Translations under genes and position numbers: made by a program
The notes under the pieces: model-generated
Database searches by the model: none
Told to the model about the DNA's origin: nothing
Seen by the model: the letters and a program-made list of their open reading frames with translations, nothing else
Assembly: GCF_964355755.1 (NCBI RefSeq)
Contig: NC_092670.1
Location: 40,226,388 to 40,290,387 of the forward strand
DNA: 64,000 bases
Source: Antedon mediterranea
Taxonomy: Eukaryota > Animalia > Echinodermata
Direction of reading: 5' to 3'
Shown: positions 40,901 to 51,821 of the stretch, piece by piece
How positions within the stretch are numbered: position 1 is the stretch's first letter
Layout: each line of letters opens with the position of its first letter

Positions 40901-43856
40901 AACATTTGGCTGGTAATGTTACCGGAGAGAATAAAGGACGCCTTGAAACTTTCATCCGTTGGGCTGGTAAAATGGTTGGTCTGGAACTGCCTTCCATTAC
41001 CGATGTGCACCTAGAACCCCTCCAGAAAGATTTCATTGAGTCGGATGCCTCTCATCCTCTCCACAAAGTGATCATAGACCAACTTAATCCAAGTGGTAGA
41101 TTGAGGCTTCTCAGTGTGAAAACAAATCGATATGCCAAATCCTTTATTCCCTCCGGTATCATCCAGTACAACAGGAAGTCAAGAAAATAATTTTATCTTG
41201 TATTTTTTTAGATGTTTTTATATGAATGGTTTTATGCTATATTTGTTTTTATTGTGTTTTCTTTGTTATTATGACGAGCAATGAATTTCCTTTTTGAGGA
41301 TCAATAAAAGATATCTTATCTTATCTTATCATTTGAATAAGTATTGAATAAGTGACAAACTTAGTGAGATATGAGATAACACAGTCAGCTGGATAAAGAG
41401 GTGATTATATAAGCATTGAGTTGAACCTAACCATGGTTGTAATAATTGATCCAAAGAGTACAAGACATGCAGATGTCCATAACAGATTCCCACCTCTATT
41501 GATTGTTTCCCTTTCAATAGTGTGTCTTTATCCAGCTGCTATGTTATCAATAAATGAAATAATGTTTAAGATAAATAGATAACATAAGTTGTTTGTTATC
41601 TTTTTAAGATAAAATGATAAGAAACAACTTATGGTACATGATATAAATCCACGTACCTGTTTTTCCCACCTTACTACAGTGCCCATTTCCATTGTTGGAG
41701 ACAGAGCAGGTAGTGTTACAATAAAATGACCTGGCAAACCTGTGAGGAGGCAATAGGCAACATGAATCAGTATTATTATCAGAGCAGGTAGTGTTACAAT
41801 AAAATGACCTGGCAAACCTGTGAGGGAGGCAATAGGCAACATGAATCAGTATTATTATCAGAGCAGGTAGTGTTACAATAAAATGACCTGGCAAACCTGT
41901 GAGGAGGCAATAGGCAACATGAATCAGTATTTATTATCATTTTAAAAGTCCCAAGGTCTAGGGTTCAATCCTGACCTAGTGCCAGGGTTGTAACTCACGA
42001 CTTTTTCAACTCCTCTCATCATTTTAAAAGTGGCGCTGTATCTTGGTGGTTAACATGTTTGCGTTCCAATCCCAAGGTCCAGGGTTCAATCATGACATAG
42101 TGCCAGGGTTGTACCTCACAACTCTCCATAAGCCTCAAATGAGACTTTATAGGCATGATAAATTGGAAAATAAAATAGTTATCCATCCTGTAATTGGAAA
42201 GTTACCGCGCTGTTGGATGCGTATGAAATTAAAAAAAACATTTGTTTTGTTATTATTTTGTATAGTAGGTATGTAATGAGTTAGTTTGAAATATTACTAG
42301 TCTATTTTACCATCACTTGAATACAGGCGACTAGACAATCTGAGGACAGTTTGATTGCATTTTCTGGATTGGTCAGCAAAACTGTAAATGAAAAAAAATA
42401 TGTTTAATATTCATATTGTACAGTATTTCGGTATGACAGTGGAGTTGTGGTTAAGAAGTTTGCCTAGCAGCAGGGTAGTGGGTTCTGTGTGGTTGCCTTT
42501 ATATTATGAACCTACTTGGATAGTAGAACAGTGATTTGCTAAACACATATAGTTTCTATATAAATATTAATAAATAATATAATAAGATGAATGAAGGAAA
42601 TAAGCAAATGTTACTTTTTTGTGATTGATGATTGTAAACAAAATTATAATTAATAATTTGTATATCATTTATTTATACTTTTTAATTTATTCATTATTTA
42701 TGATTCATTACATTATAATATTTTACGCCGTGGTTAGGATTCCGGCACCGGAACTCAACTGCCCAGCGTTAGGGAATCCGACACGCTATTGCGCATGCCC
42801 AGAGCGAGGTAATCGGCGACTCTATATACTTCCAACAGCGATGGATCATTTCCACTAATCTAGGCTAGGTCTACCAGTTAGACGTGACCAGTGGGGCCTA
42901 TTTATTTTGTAATTAAAAAGTGGTTGCTTCATTCATCATATATAAACTTCATATCATTATAAATTATATAATTACATGACTAGTTTTATGATTTTTCATA
43001 ACGCATTATAGGCTACTGTACATAACAACATGCAATCACAAGTTGATTTGTTGACGGCAGCCACCGCGTGGATGTGAAAAAACTGTTCGGAAAGTCAGGG
43101 TCGCAACGCTAAAAACAGCATTACGATTCTTAGATAGATACTGATACTTTATTAATATCATTATAATTATTTTAACGCGTGGCGTAGTATTATTTTAATT
43201 ATTAATTCATTCATTCATGTATGGCATAGGCCAAGTTTCATCCATCGCTCTCTCGCTCGCGCAACGACTATTATTATATCTGGGCTACAGTAAATCCCTA
43301 TAACACTCCGACTCTCTCTGCTGTGGTGGTGGTGTGTGTGGCACTATTAGTGCAAGCTATAATTCACTTCCCAGAGCTCTGGGCATGCGCAATAGCGTGT
43401 CGGATTCCCTAACGGTGGGCAGTTGAGTTCCGGTGCCGGAATCCTAACCACGGCGAATATTTTATTATATGAAATGAGCTAGGCCGGCTATATGTATATA
43501 CTAAGATTATAGGGTGTTATGCTTCAATTATATTGTTTTGATATAATATATAATCATATGTCATATGATGATGTGTCCTAAATTGACAAAACAAACTTTT
43601 GTGAATGTCCTAGGCTAGGCCTAGATTTATTACGGCACATCGTATTCTGCGACCGCTTCAGACACTACCGGCGCCCGCTACCATCGCACAGTTAATGTGG
43701 TGTAAAAAAATGTGAGGCCTACCTGACAGAACGAAGTGTTTTAAAGCCTCTTCTAGCTGCAATATACGCTACATTATTAATTCTTGGCTTTGGCAAAGTT
43801 TGTAGAGTTTGCTTTCTGCAAGCTCTGAGTACGCAATTTGATATATTTCTCTGCAT
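13978..43856 (-). CDS. DLAT: Dihydrolipoyllysine-residue acetyltransferase (pyruvate dehydrogenase E2), mitochondrial; 3'-incomplete in this window
   Basis: Phase-consistent GT-AG exons in transcript order: 43856-43723 ([16 protein letters not shown].., presequence-like), 42381-42311, 41739-41657 ([19 protein letters not shown]), 40139-39999 ([13 protein letters not shown], lipoyl Lys), 37310-37206, 34876-34694 (Pro/Ala linker, [12 protein letters not shown]), 34133-33978 ([13 protein letters not shown]), 29097-29012 ([17 protein letters not shown]), 26520-26380 ([11 protein letters not shown]), 21092-21011 ([11 protein letters not shown]), 14058-13978 ([13 protein letters not shown]). The GGTFTISNLG and DHRVVDGA exons were not found in 1-13977. 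Confidence 0.96.
14121..14281. mobile_element. Harbinger-like MITE family A, representative full copy
   Basis: TIRs AGCTCTGTCTACACTATCAAAC / GTTTGATAGTGTAGASAGAGCT, TWA flanks and internal CCAAATATGGTAGTGAT repeats. Other full or partial copies near 7027, 8264, 12352, 13639, 17848, 26804, 26966, 28021, 28526, 29776, 34544, 35648, 46009, 48368, 48564, 48824, 49089, 50303, 50556 and 54209. Confidence 0.88.
16015..16215. repeat. Compound repeat of 18-bp and 28-bp units forming an 82-bp higher-order period
   Basis: CAACAACCACACTGTGCT x3 alternates with CAACAGCACACAATAACCACACTGTGCT. Confidence 0.9.
18137..18320. repeat. Diverged tandem duplication, about 100-bp unit, 2 copies
   Basis: GAATGAYCGCACGAT...TATGATCAACTA...TCATGTTCCCACCTAATAATA occurs twice. 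Confidence 0.8.
19920..20567. repeat. 25-bp minisatellite, about 26 copies, three variants
   Basis: TTACAGATAATGATAAAAT followed by ATGTGG, GTCTGG or GTCTGA. Confidence 0.97.
21458..21630. mobile_element. MITE family B
   Basis: Shares CCAGTRTAGCATAGCAAAAAGCTATACAAA and TTTGATTAGCAATATTGCTAAACAAAATT with 12458-12600 in inverted orientation. Confidence 0.7.
22186..25658. repeat. 63-bp minisatellite, about 55 copies
   Basis: Unit AACTCAATGTGTCACTCCTCATGTAATGYACTACACACATTATGTCAACATTAACAAGTTAAG; one dimorphic C/T site and one private variant near 23324. Confidence 0.98.
26804..27052. mobile_element. MITE family A copy plus tandem duplication of its right half and flank
   Basis: Full copy at 26804-26939; the right half and the flank AAGGCAAGCAT are repeated at 26966-27056. 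Confidence 0.85.
28793..28994 (+). mobile_element. Penelope-like pLTR remnant
   Basis: Flanked by the 12-bp direct repeat TAGTTTAAACAA (28781-28792 / 28995-29006); carries a hammerhead core; its 3' part matches 35066-35150. Confidence 0.7.
28900..28939 (+). ncRNA. Minimal type I hammerhead ribozyme motif (probably degenerate)
   Basis: CUC-CUGAAGA-C-[GAUCAA agcaua UUGAUC]-GAAAC-GCC-GAG. Core boxes, a perfect 6-bp stem II and stem I CUC/GAG are present; the cleavage triplet reads GCC rather than GUC. Confidence 0.7.
31392..32471. mobile_element. Non-autonomous Mutator/Foldback-like element
   Basis: 9-bp TSD TTGCGCTTA (31383-31391 / 32472-32480); GGGG..CCCC termini; about 90-bp TIRs built from CTAAGAC repeats; further internal inverted arms at about 31486-31725 and 31916-32148. 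Confidence 0.88.
34988..35157. mobile_element. Penelope-like inverted pLTR remnant with a hammerhead core
   Basis: 34988-35044 is an inverted copy of the 3' part of 35066-35157; CUGAGGA-C-GAUAAA..UUGAUC-GAAA at 35077-35106. Confidence 0.65.
35648..35825. mobile_element. MITE family A copy with three internal 21-bp repeats
   Basis: TIRs plus (GCCCAAATATGGTAGTGATRT)x3. Confidence 0.85.
36447..36650 (+). mobile_element. tRNA-headed SINE-like element
   Basis: A box TGGCTTGGTGG and B-box-like GGTTTAAGTTCC, enclosed by a 12-bp stem GAGTGGAGTTGT / ACAACTCCACTC; related heads at 42029 and 42438. Confidence 0.6.
37492..40040. repeat. 89/92-bp minisatellite (about 28 copies) derived from the DLAT exon 4 3' end and 5' splice site
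   Basis: The minus-strand unit is about 42 nt of exon (GTCTTTGTAGAGGAGGGTACAAAAGATGTTCCAATTGGCAGG), then the GTAACA donor and about 45 nt of intron. The terminal copy is the real exon end. Confidence 0.97.
40494..40689. repeat. 49-bp tandem repeat, 4 copies
   Basis: Unit AAATATATAGGATACTTTATTACTTGTTCCAGCATCAGGATAAAGAATT. Confidence 0.95.
40883..41330 (+). mobile_element. Rex1/Babar-like LINE 3' fragment
   Basis: Encodes [31 protein letters not shown], followed by a 3' UTR with AATAAA and a (TATCT)n tail. Confidence 0.75.
41702..41938. repeat. 78/79-bp tandem repeat (3 copies) of the DLAT exon 3 acceptor and 5' exon part
   Basis: Minus-strand unit ATAATAATACTGATTCATGTTGCCTATTGCCTCCTCACAG|GTTTGCCAGGTCATTTTATTGTAACACTACCTGCTCTG. 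Confidence 0.95.
41945..42200 (+). mobile_element. tRNA-headed SINE-like element with partial tandem duplication
   Basis: TCCCAAGGTCYAGGGTTCAATC..TAGTGCCAGGGTTGTA occurs twice (about 41949 and 42070); similar to the 36447 element. Confidence 0.55.
42726..43455. mobile_element. Young non-autonomous Mutator-like element in DLAT intron 1
   Basis: 80-bp TIRs (42726-42805 / 43376-43455) with a single mismatch; 9-bp TSD AATATTTTA (42717-42725 / 43456-43464). Confidence 0.92.
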
Positions 43857-44189
43857 AATGTTGAATTTTATGAAAAAATTTCCCAGGCAAGTCAAAATTA
43901 AAATTGCCGTCAGGTAACCTTTGACCACCGGTCCAACATAATTATAATAAATTTATGTCAATGTCATTTTAAAGAACAACAAAAATATAAATAGTTTGGA
44001 AAATATAATTTCTATATTTAATAATAATTTAGTTAAAATATTTTAGATATAATATTTACTAATTGTTTAAAATGTAATGTATTTTGAAATGCACAGACTT
44101 CCTGTAGAACGAGGAGACATGTAACAAAATGTCAGCCTTGTGTTGACGGTAATATTGAAAGAAATCAAAATAAAAACAAACCGTCAACA
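43857..44189. promoter_or_regulatory. Bidirectional promoter and 5' UTRs shared by DLAT and EXOC3
   Basis: Only 333 bp separate the divergent start codons. Confidence 0.75.
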
Positions 44190-47100
44190 ATGTATTCTGA
44201 CGACTTTGGGCAAGCAGAACTAGATGCTTTAGAATCTGCTAGAAAGCATGTAGAGAATATGCTTAAGGTAGACAAAATTATGTATAAGTTTGGCAATAAT
44301 CATAAATAAATGGGCGTTGGCCAATGCTAGGCTTCGATTTGTGGTTGGAGGAAGTGTCAGACCGGCGGTAAAGTGCAGTCCTTCAGCCTAGGAAGATTAC
44401 GTTTGTGGAGGCCTAGACTTTACACTTGTATTAAATAGGCTGATTAACCAACTGGACAAAATTCATTATTCATATTTGTAGTGAAATTGTTTATTTATGT
44501 TCAGAATTATGTTTGTTAGAGATTTTTTCACCATCTTTTTTCTAGCTAAGGAAGAGTAGGAGGCCTAGCCTAGTAGGCTAGACCTATGAATAATATCTGT
44601 AAAATACCTAGTAACCTGTATCATATTTTTCAGCGACCTGATCAGTTGGAGAAGGTAGAACAATATCGAAGAAGAGAGGCTCGTAAAAAAGCAAGTAAAA
44701 TTTGAATTTATCTACAGTATTTAACAAAAACAATTTATAAACATGAAAAACAACAAATACAGTACTACTACACATATGACATGGAAAACCAGCAAGAGTT
44801 CGCACTTTGAACAAAATCTGCATTTCACAATGAAAAGTCAAAACGTGTTGTATACTTATTTTAAGGTGTATTATGTTTTTATGTTGCTAACATAGGCATC
44901 TGTAGAAGCTCGTTTGAAAACAGCAATGCAGTCTCAGCTTGATGGCGTTAAAACAGGATTGATGCAGCTACGCAGCGCTCATGAAGGCATCAAAGAAATA
45001 AGGCAAAGGTATACAACACAACACACACACAAAATGTCAGAATACACAGTTAACTTACGGTTAATTTTTTGCTGTGGAAACATGACCATTTATTTTTTTA
45101 GCCACTGTAAATAATTGAATGCCTTTTTTTCTTTCTTTGATCTGTGTAGCACAGTAGAGGTAAATGAAAAATATCAAGAATGTGCTGAATTAGCGATGAA
45201 ATTGACGTCTGTAAGAGAGGTTGCCAATGAACATAGTCAGGTATGGACGTACATTAAAAAGCCATAAAGGCAGTACATGGTTTAAAATGCAGTTTATGAA
45301 GTATAGAATAATCAACTAACTAAAAATGCCAAAAGTGTGGTTTTCAAAATGCATTTTATTTATTTATTATTTATTTATTTACTCAAATTCTCACAAAAAT
45401 GTACATACAAAGAAAGAAAAAGACATAACATAAAAAAAGAACATTCAGTGAAGGATGGGACCAACAGGTGGTAAACACCTCTAGAATGGTCCAATCCCAA
45501 ATTGCACAATGAGACATGAAAAGGTTTATAACATTATAATAAATATTTAAATATAATAATTTGTATTACTTAATATTAAACTAAGTTTATGCTTTAGTGT
45601 GAAAGAATTTAGGACCTTTAAAGCTGTGTTTTCACACTGGACTCTTTTTGTATAAAACATATGTCCCCAAAGTTGTACTTTGACAGAAGCTTACAAAAAT
45701 TATCAATTGCAACTACTGACAAGTTTGAATTCAAATTTTTCACTTTTTAAATTGTTTTTAAATACTTATTCCTCTTGCAGCTCGCAGCAGCAGTAGAGAA
45801 TCTGAAACACATCTTTACAGTACCAGAGACAATTGAGAGAACAGAACGTCAGATAGAAGACGGACAGTTACTGCTTGCTCACAAAGGCCTGATGGACTTG
45901 GAACAGTCTAGGAACGACCTGTTATTTGAACTACACAAGCAGCCGTCTGAAAATCCTACAGATATCCATCTACTGGAGCGCTATTTCTCAAAGGTAGCTT
46001 GGTCTTTTAAGCTCTGTCTACACTATCAAACTTTATGTGAAAAAAAAATGTGATGTGATGAACACGATGATGTCATATCACTATACCATATTTGGGTATA
46101 TCACTATCATATTTGGGCACAGCACACTTTTTTTGTCAAACTAGTTTGATAGTGTACACAGATTTATGAGCATCTTGACTGTCTGTATTAAACATTATAC
46201 ATACAGAAAAGCGTCATTAATTGCTATATATATACATTGTACATTATGCAATATATTATTTTGTAAACGTTCTCATTTTGTAGGTAGAGCAATTATCTGG
46301 GAATATGTACCAACAGATAAAGTACCTAATGCAGAATGTGTTTATGGTTGTGAGGAATGAACCAACTAAAGTTGTTACGTGTTTACGAATCATTGAAAGA
46401 GAAGAGAAGTAATTATTTAATTTAATAAATTGTTATTTCACTCTTCCCTGATTTCACAGATTATGTGTTTCAGTGTGTGTTTTTATCATCAAATTTCATC
46501 AATTAATGTTTTTTTCTCAGACTAGACAATGAATGTCAAAACAAAGAGCGTATGGTTAAATTTCATGCTCCTGGTCGACCAAAGAGATGGAAGGAAAAGA
46601 TGTTTCATGAGCTTGAGAAATGTGTCACATACAGGTAAAAAAAACATTCCTACACATTTTCAATTAATCTAATTTACATATACATAACATAACGTTTACT
46701 ACTAACTACCACAGTAGTAGCTAGTATTTATTTTTTACGTTTCTTTGACAATCTGTCTAATATTTTCTAGAATTGAAGGCAATCAACTTGAAGATCGAAG
46801 CCAAGATCGGATGTGGTTAGTGCGCCATCTAGAGTTAACGAGGCAAATTATCTTGGAAGATCTCAGAGTTGTAAAAGTTAGTGCAGTCATGAATCTATAT
46901 TATCCATTCAGTAAACTCTGCAAACACCAGAAAACTAAAAACTTAATGACATCTTGTGTTCATATTTTTTCAGCATCTATGCAGCCCTTGTTTTCCACCT
47001 AGCTACAAAATATTTGAGTATTTTGTGAAAACGTACAAGGATTCACTCTCAATACATGTAAGTAAAAAACATCAAATTCAACTAGACAATGCAACCCCTT

Positions 47101-50100
47101 CATCTTCATCAGTGGAAAATTATGGTTGTTCTGAGATATACAAAAACAGATAAATGAAAAACTAACAAAAACACTTACAAAGTGTCACTTCACTCTCATA
47201 CGGTATACTGATAAGTATTCAGTGTCTTTAAAATATGCTGAAAATATTTGATAATTAATTTGAATTAAAGTAAATTATATGTTTTATTACAGCTGCAAAA
47301 CATGATATGTGATGAGCTGGAACACAATGAAATCATTTCACTGCTAACGTGGCTTACAGAATATATGTAAGTACCTTACTGTTTCTCTTACTATTTTGGT
47401 GGTATCTTACTATTTTGGTGGTATCTTACTATTTTGGTGGTATCTTACTATTTTGGTGGTATCTTACTATTTTGGTGGTATCTTAGACAAGTTGAGTGGC
47501 AAGTTGGCGTCGCATCCCATGTCATAAAATGAGTGCATGCAGATTTGAGGCACTCTTCATTCATAGTGACAATTCTTCAGACCAGTTTTTAACTTTTCGC
47601 ATTTCAAACAAATTCTGTAATATTTGTGCCGTATCAGTCTCAAGTCTGAGAAAACTGTACCAGGTCTCATTATAAACAAACCTGATAATATTCTTTTTTA
47701 GTGGGCCAAACTTGATGGCGCATCATGAGCTAAATATAGAGGTGAAATTATTAGAGCCTTTGCTGCCCCCTCGTGAAGTTGAGACTCTACAACAACAGTA
47801 CTTAAAGACATTACACGCTAACATCCAGAAATGGATTAACAATACCTTGGATACAGATATTAAGGTTAGAGCTACATTCTTGACTCTACTAGCCTAGGGA
47901 GCTTTCAATTTTCTGACAACCTAAGTACTCTTGTAGTTACATCAGTTAATTCGTTGTGCACTTAGATGGATATTGGGGTGTGCTTCCTCACTCAATTCCT
48001 TGATACAGCTTTGACACATTCTAGTTTCAACAATGCAATGTCCATAGGTCATAGGTCAAATTGAAAGTTAGGTTTCATCATTAAATAGGAATGGTATCGA
48101 GAGGTTCCGCCAGAGGCAGACAAGGAGAGTTACCTTCATACGTCGCTGCCTGTAATCGTGTTCCAGATGATTGAGCAGAACATGCAGGTAGCCGCTCAAA
48201 TCAGTAAAGATCTCACCACCAAAGTGCTTTTATTGTGTGTGGAAGTGCTGCAAGAATTCATTGAGTTTTATAGATGTAAGTTTTTAAGTTTAATATAAAC
48301 GGTATAGATGAGGAAATATGTGCTACAATAATTCATTGAGTTGTATAAATGATTATTATATTTATAAAGCTTGGTCTACACTATAAAACTTTATTTTTTC
48401 CAAACTAGTTTGATAGTGTAGACAGAGGTTTAATGGTATAGATGAGGAAATCTGTTCGACAAGAATTCATTGCAATGCAATTAATTACATCTATAAAATG
48501 CAATTTGCATTTTATAGATGTAATTAAAATATATTGTAATTTTAAACAAAAAGAAACTCTAAAGGCTCTGTCTACATTATCAAATTAGTTTGACATAAAA
48601 GTATGAAGTGCTCAAATATGGTAGTGATACGTCCAAATATGGTAGTAATATGATGTTATCATGTCCATATATGGGCACATCACTTTTTTTTTTATCACAT
48701 AAAGTTTAATAATGTAGACAGAGCTTAAAACAAACCAGTAAGATGCTAAATATTATTAACTACAATATTGATGAGTAAAAAATGTCAAATTTAGGTTTCT
48801 GAATCTAAATTGAAAACTTGTTAAAGCTCTTTCTACACTATAAAACGTTATGTGACAAAAAAAACTTTTTTTGTGAAACTAGCTTAACTTTAATATCAAA
48901 TACAAACATGCTATTTATTTACACCAGCTTCTATTAGAACGTATAAGGATAAGCACATGCAGGACCGCAGTCAACCACGTCACTACTTCCAGTACATGGT
49001 GGCAGTAATCAACGGCTTTCAACAGTTTGAAGACTTCACAAGGCAACTTGAGGTAAGCATGTTCAATTTCTAAATATACAGATACTAAGCTCTGTCTACA
49101 CTATCACACTTTATGTGACAAAAACATGTGATGTGCCCATATATGGACAAGATGATGTCATATCACTACCATATTTAAAAGTAGCTTCTCTTCTAGTAAG
49201 CTAAATTAGTTTAATCATTCACTATTTTTGTTTGTTTGTTTTTTTTATTTAAAGCGTCGTCATCTGAACCAGCCACCAGGGGAAGGGTCAACAACTGTTT
49301 TCCAGAGTCTAATGGATGCCTTTGATTGCTTGGCTGGCGAATGGTAAGTCGTTTTTTGAGTTTTTTCAGAGCTCTCCTAAGAATATATAAATGAAACAAG
49401 GCAGGAAATCAGAATTGCTAGACTTGTTTACTGGACAAGTTTAAACAATGTACTATAATGCTGATTAAAAACCTAATGATGAAATTGTTATGTAACTCTA
49501 TTTTTTTACTCTAGTCTTGGATTTCTGTTGGATGAGGTTTTTCTTGATTTAGAACCACACAACTACCAGCTGTTGACTAGATCTTGGTAAGACAACAGCA
49601 TACTACTACTAACTACCACTGATTGCTACTGATGCTATCAAGGGCAAATATCAATTTCTACCGCATAAACAATATAAATACACAGTAGAAAAAACAGTAC
49701 TTTAAGGTTAATTCTTATATGGAGCATATAACCTAGCTATCGATGTGCTGTATATAATGTAAAATATAAAAAAAAAATTGGGAAAGAAAAGTCTTCAGTT
49801 TGGTTTTAAAGGAGTTAAAATTAGCTCACTGTCGGATTTCACAAGGTGGGAGCTGACACAGCAATATGTAGGTTTTTGTGAGCTACTTAAGTAATAAAAC
49901 ATACATGCACAATATATTGTTGGTCTCTAGTAAATATCTTTACCAAAAAGCTAATAAGAAATAACTACATTTTTTATTAGGTATCAGATAAACGGGTCGC
50001 CCTCTGTTGACACAATTTGTGTGACGGTGGAAGATTATTACAATGATTTTGTACATCTACGTAAACGGTACTTCGTTTCAATAATGAAAGAAGCAGAAAA

Positions 50101-51821
50101 GCGGGTCTCATTAGCGTACATCACGGCACTCATTGAAAAGTAAGTATTATCAGGAATCAAACACAAGTACCAACAAATACCACTGATTAGTAAAGCTTCG
50201 TTCACACTCGTTCCATTTCACAGAACGGAAGACGACGTCATAAAATTTAAAAAAAATAAATACTGGCAAAATATACAAAATTGCATTCCATAACCTTTCT
50301 TAAGCTCTGTCAACACTATCAAACTTTATGTGACAACAAGGTGTGATATGGCCAAATATGGTAGTGTTGTGACATTATCATGTCTATATGGGGACATCAC
50401 AATTTGTTGTCACATAAGTTTGATAGTGAAGACAAGGCTTTAGACAGACTACAGAAAAACTAGTGTTCTGAAGTTTGTGACCTCAGCCAATCAAATCAAG
50501 CTTTGTAGTCATGTGATCTTGCAAGACAAAATGACTATTTATCCGAGACGTAAACCATATCACTACCATATTTGGGCATATCACTACCATAATATTATAC
50601 TGACTTTGTTTTCATGTAGACGAATGATATTCAAGACTTATGAGGAGAGGAAAACTGCATCAGAGAAAATTTGCAAAGAATCTGAACAAATTAGTAATTT
50701 GTTTAGGAGACTTGGAGATGAAGGGGTTTGTTTTATTTTAATGCTACATAAAATATAGCAAATGTAGTTAGTCATTTGTTTAGGTGATAAACGGGTTCAT
50801 TTTAATTCAATACTAGATACTATTAATTTGGGACCCAAAAAAATGTTTCCCCTTACTGTAAGTGTCCCAAAGGAGGGGTTAAACTGTAATTAAAATGAAG
50901 GCAACATAAGATTGAAACTCTAATTGTCGGTGGTCAAGGGACCAAACAGAATGTCCAGTTGTTGGTGGTCAAATTAAATGTAGTCATGTTTCTTTTTAGT
51001 CTTCTCCTATTGATGCTGTGTCTGTGATGGTGGAGCTCATTAGACTCAGAGATACATCCTTACTTTCTCTTGAGATATCGGTACGTTCTCTTTCAATGTA
51101 TTTGAATAAAAAAATATATAAACATTTTTAATATTTCAATATGCTTTATCTTAATGTTGTAAATTGTTATTAACGTTGTTATCATTTTTCCAGGGTTTAG
51201 TCAGCAAATATCCTGATGTCCGAACAGATCATGTGATCAACTTGTTAGCAATGCGAGAAGACTTGGGAACATCCAATGCCAGACAGGTAAGATTATTTAG
51301 TGTTTATTTTACATGTTTATCCTGTTGTGTGCACAAAATGAACCTAATTTATAATCATCCTTAAGGCCAATTTGCACAGACGAGCGGTGACGGTAATGAA
51401 AATACTGTATCAAGTCTATGTTATCCTTTACGACCATTTACACGAAGCACGGATACAGATTCTATGTGGTACAAGCTACGTGGTTTTTCACTTATCGTTG
51501 CCGCTTATCTGTGTCAATTGGCCTTTAATTATATTCTAAAGAGGTTTCTGCAATCTAGTTCAGAGTCTGCCTCTACATGCTTTCAATCCATCAACAGCAT
51601 TATATCGTATCGTTCTTGGGCCTTGGTCTTTGCCAATTTACTGTCATGAAACTTCAATTGCTATTGTTTCATATTCATTATTTGTAATCGTAATATATAA
51701 CTTCAAATAACAAAATATTAAACTTCCATTTCAGATGGTGATCGACACCCTTGAAGAGGATGACAGGCAAAGATTTGGCCAACAACAAAGAACTATATTT
51801 TCAGAAATTAGAACTAAATAA
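44190..51821 (+). CDS. EXOC3: Exocyst complex component 3 (Sec6), 738 aa, 20 exons
   Basis: Exons 44190-44267, 44634-44690, 44896-45008, 45150-45240, 45781-45993, 46284-46408, 46521-46634, 46771-46876, 46974-47057, 47293-47366, 47702-47864, 48089-48275, 48928-49052, 49255-49343, 49515-49586, 49981-50139, 50620-50725, 51000-51080, 51194-51286, 51735-51821 sum to 2217 nt in one open frame. Motifs RPDQLEKVEQYRRREARKKASVEARLK, QLAAAVENLKHIF, WLVRHLE, TSLPVIVFQMIEQN and LVSKYPD match EXOC3. Confidence 0.96.
46009..46164. mobile_element. MITE family A copy in EXOC3 intron 5
   Basis: Both TIRs present; begins 16 nt after the exon end. Confidence 0.85.
47386..47485. repeat. 19-bp tandem repeat, 5 copies
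   Basis: Unit TCTTACTATTTTGGTGGTA, starting 20 nt after the end of EXOC3 exon 10. Confidence 0.95.
50303..50439. mobile_element. MITE family A copy with TTA TSD
   Basis: TTA|AGCTCTGTC...GACAAGGCT|TTA. Confidence 0.85.
51364..51524. mobile_element. Second Harbinger-like MITE
   Basis: TIRs AGGCCAATTTGCACAGA / TCTGTGTCAATTGGCCT with TTA TSD on both sides. Confidence 0.8.
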
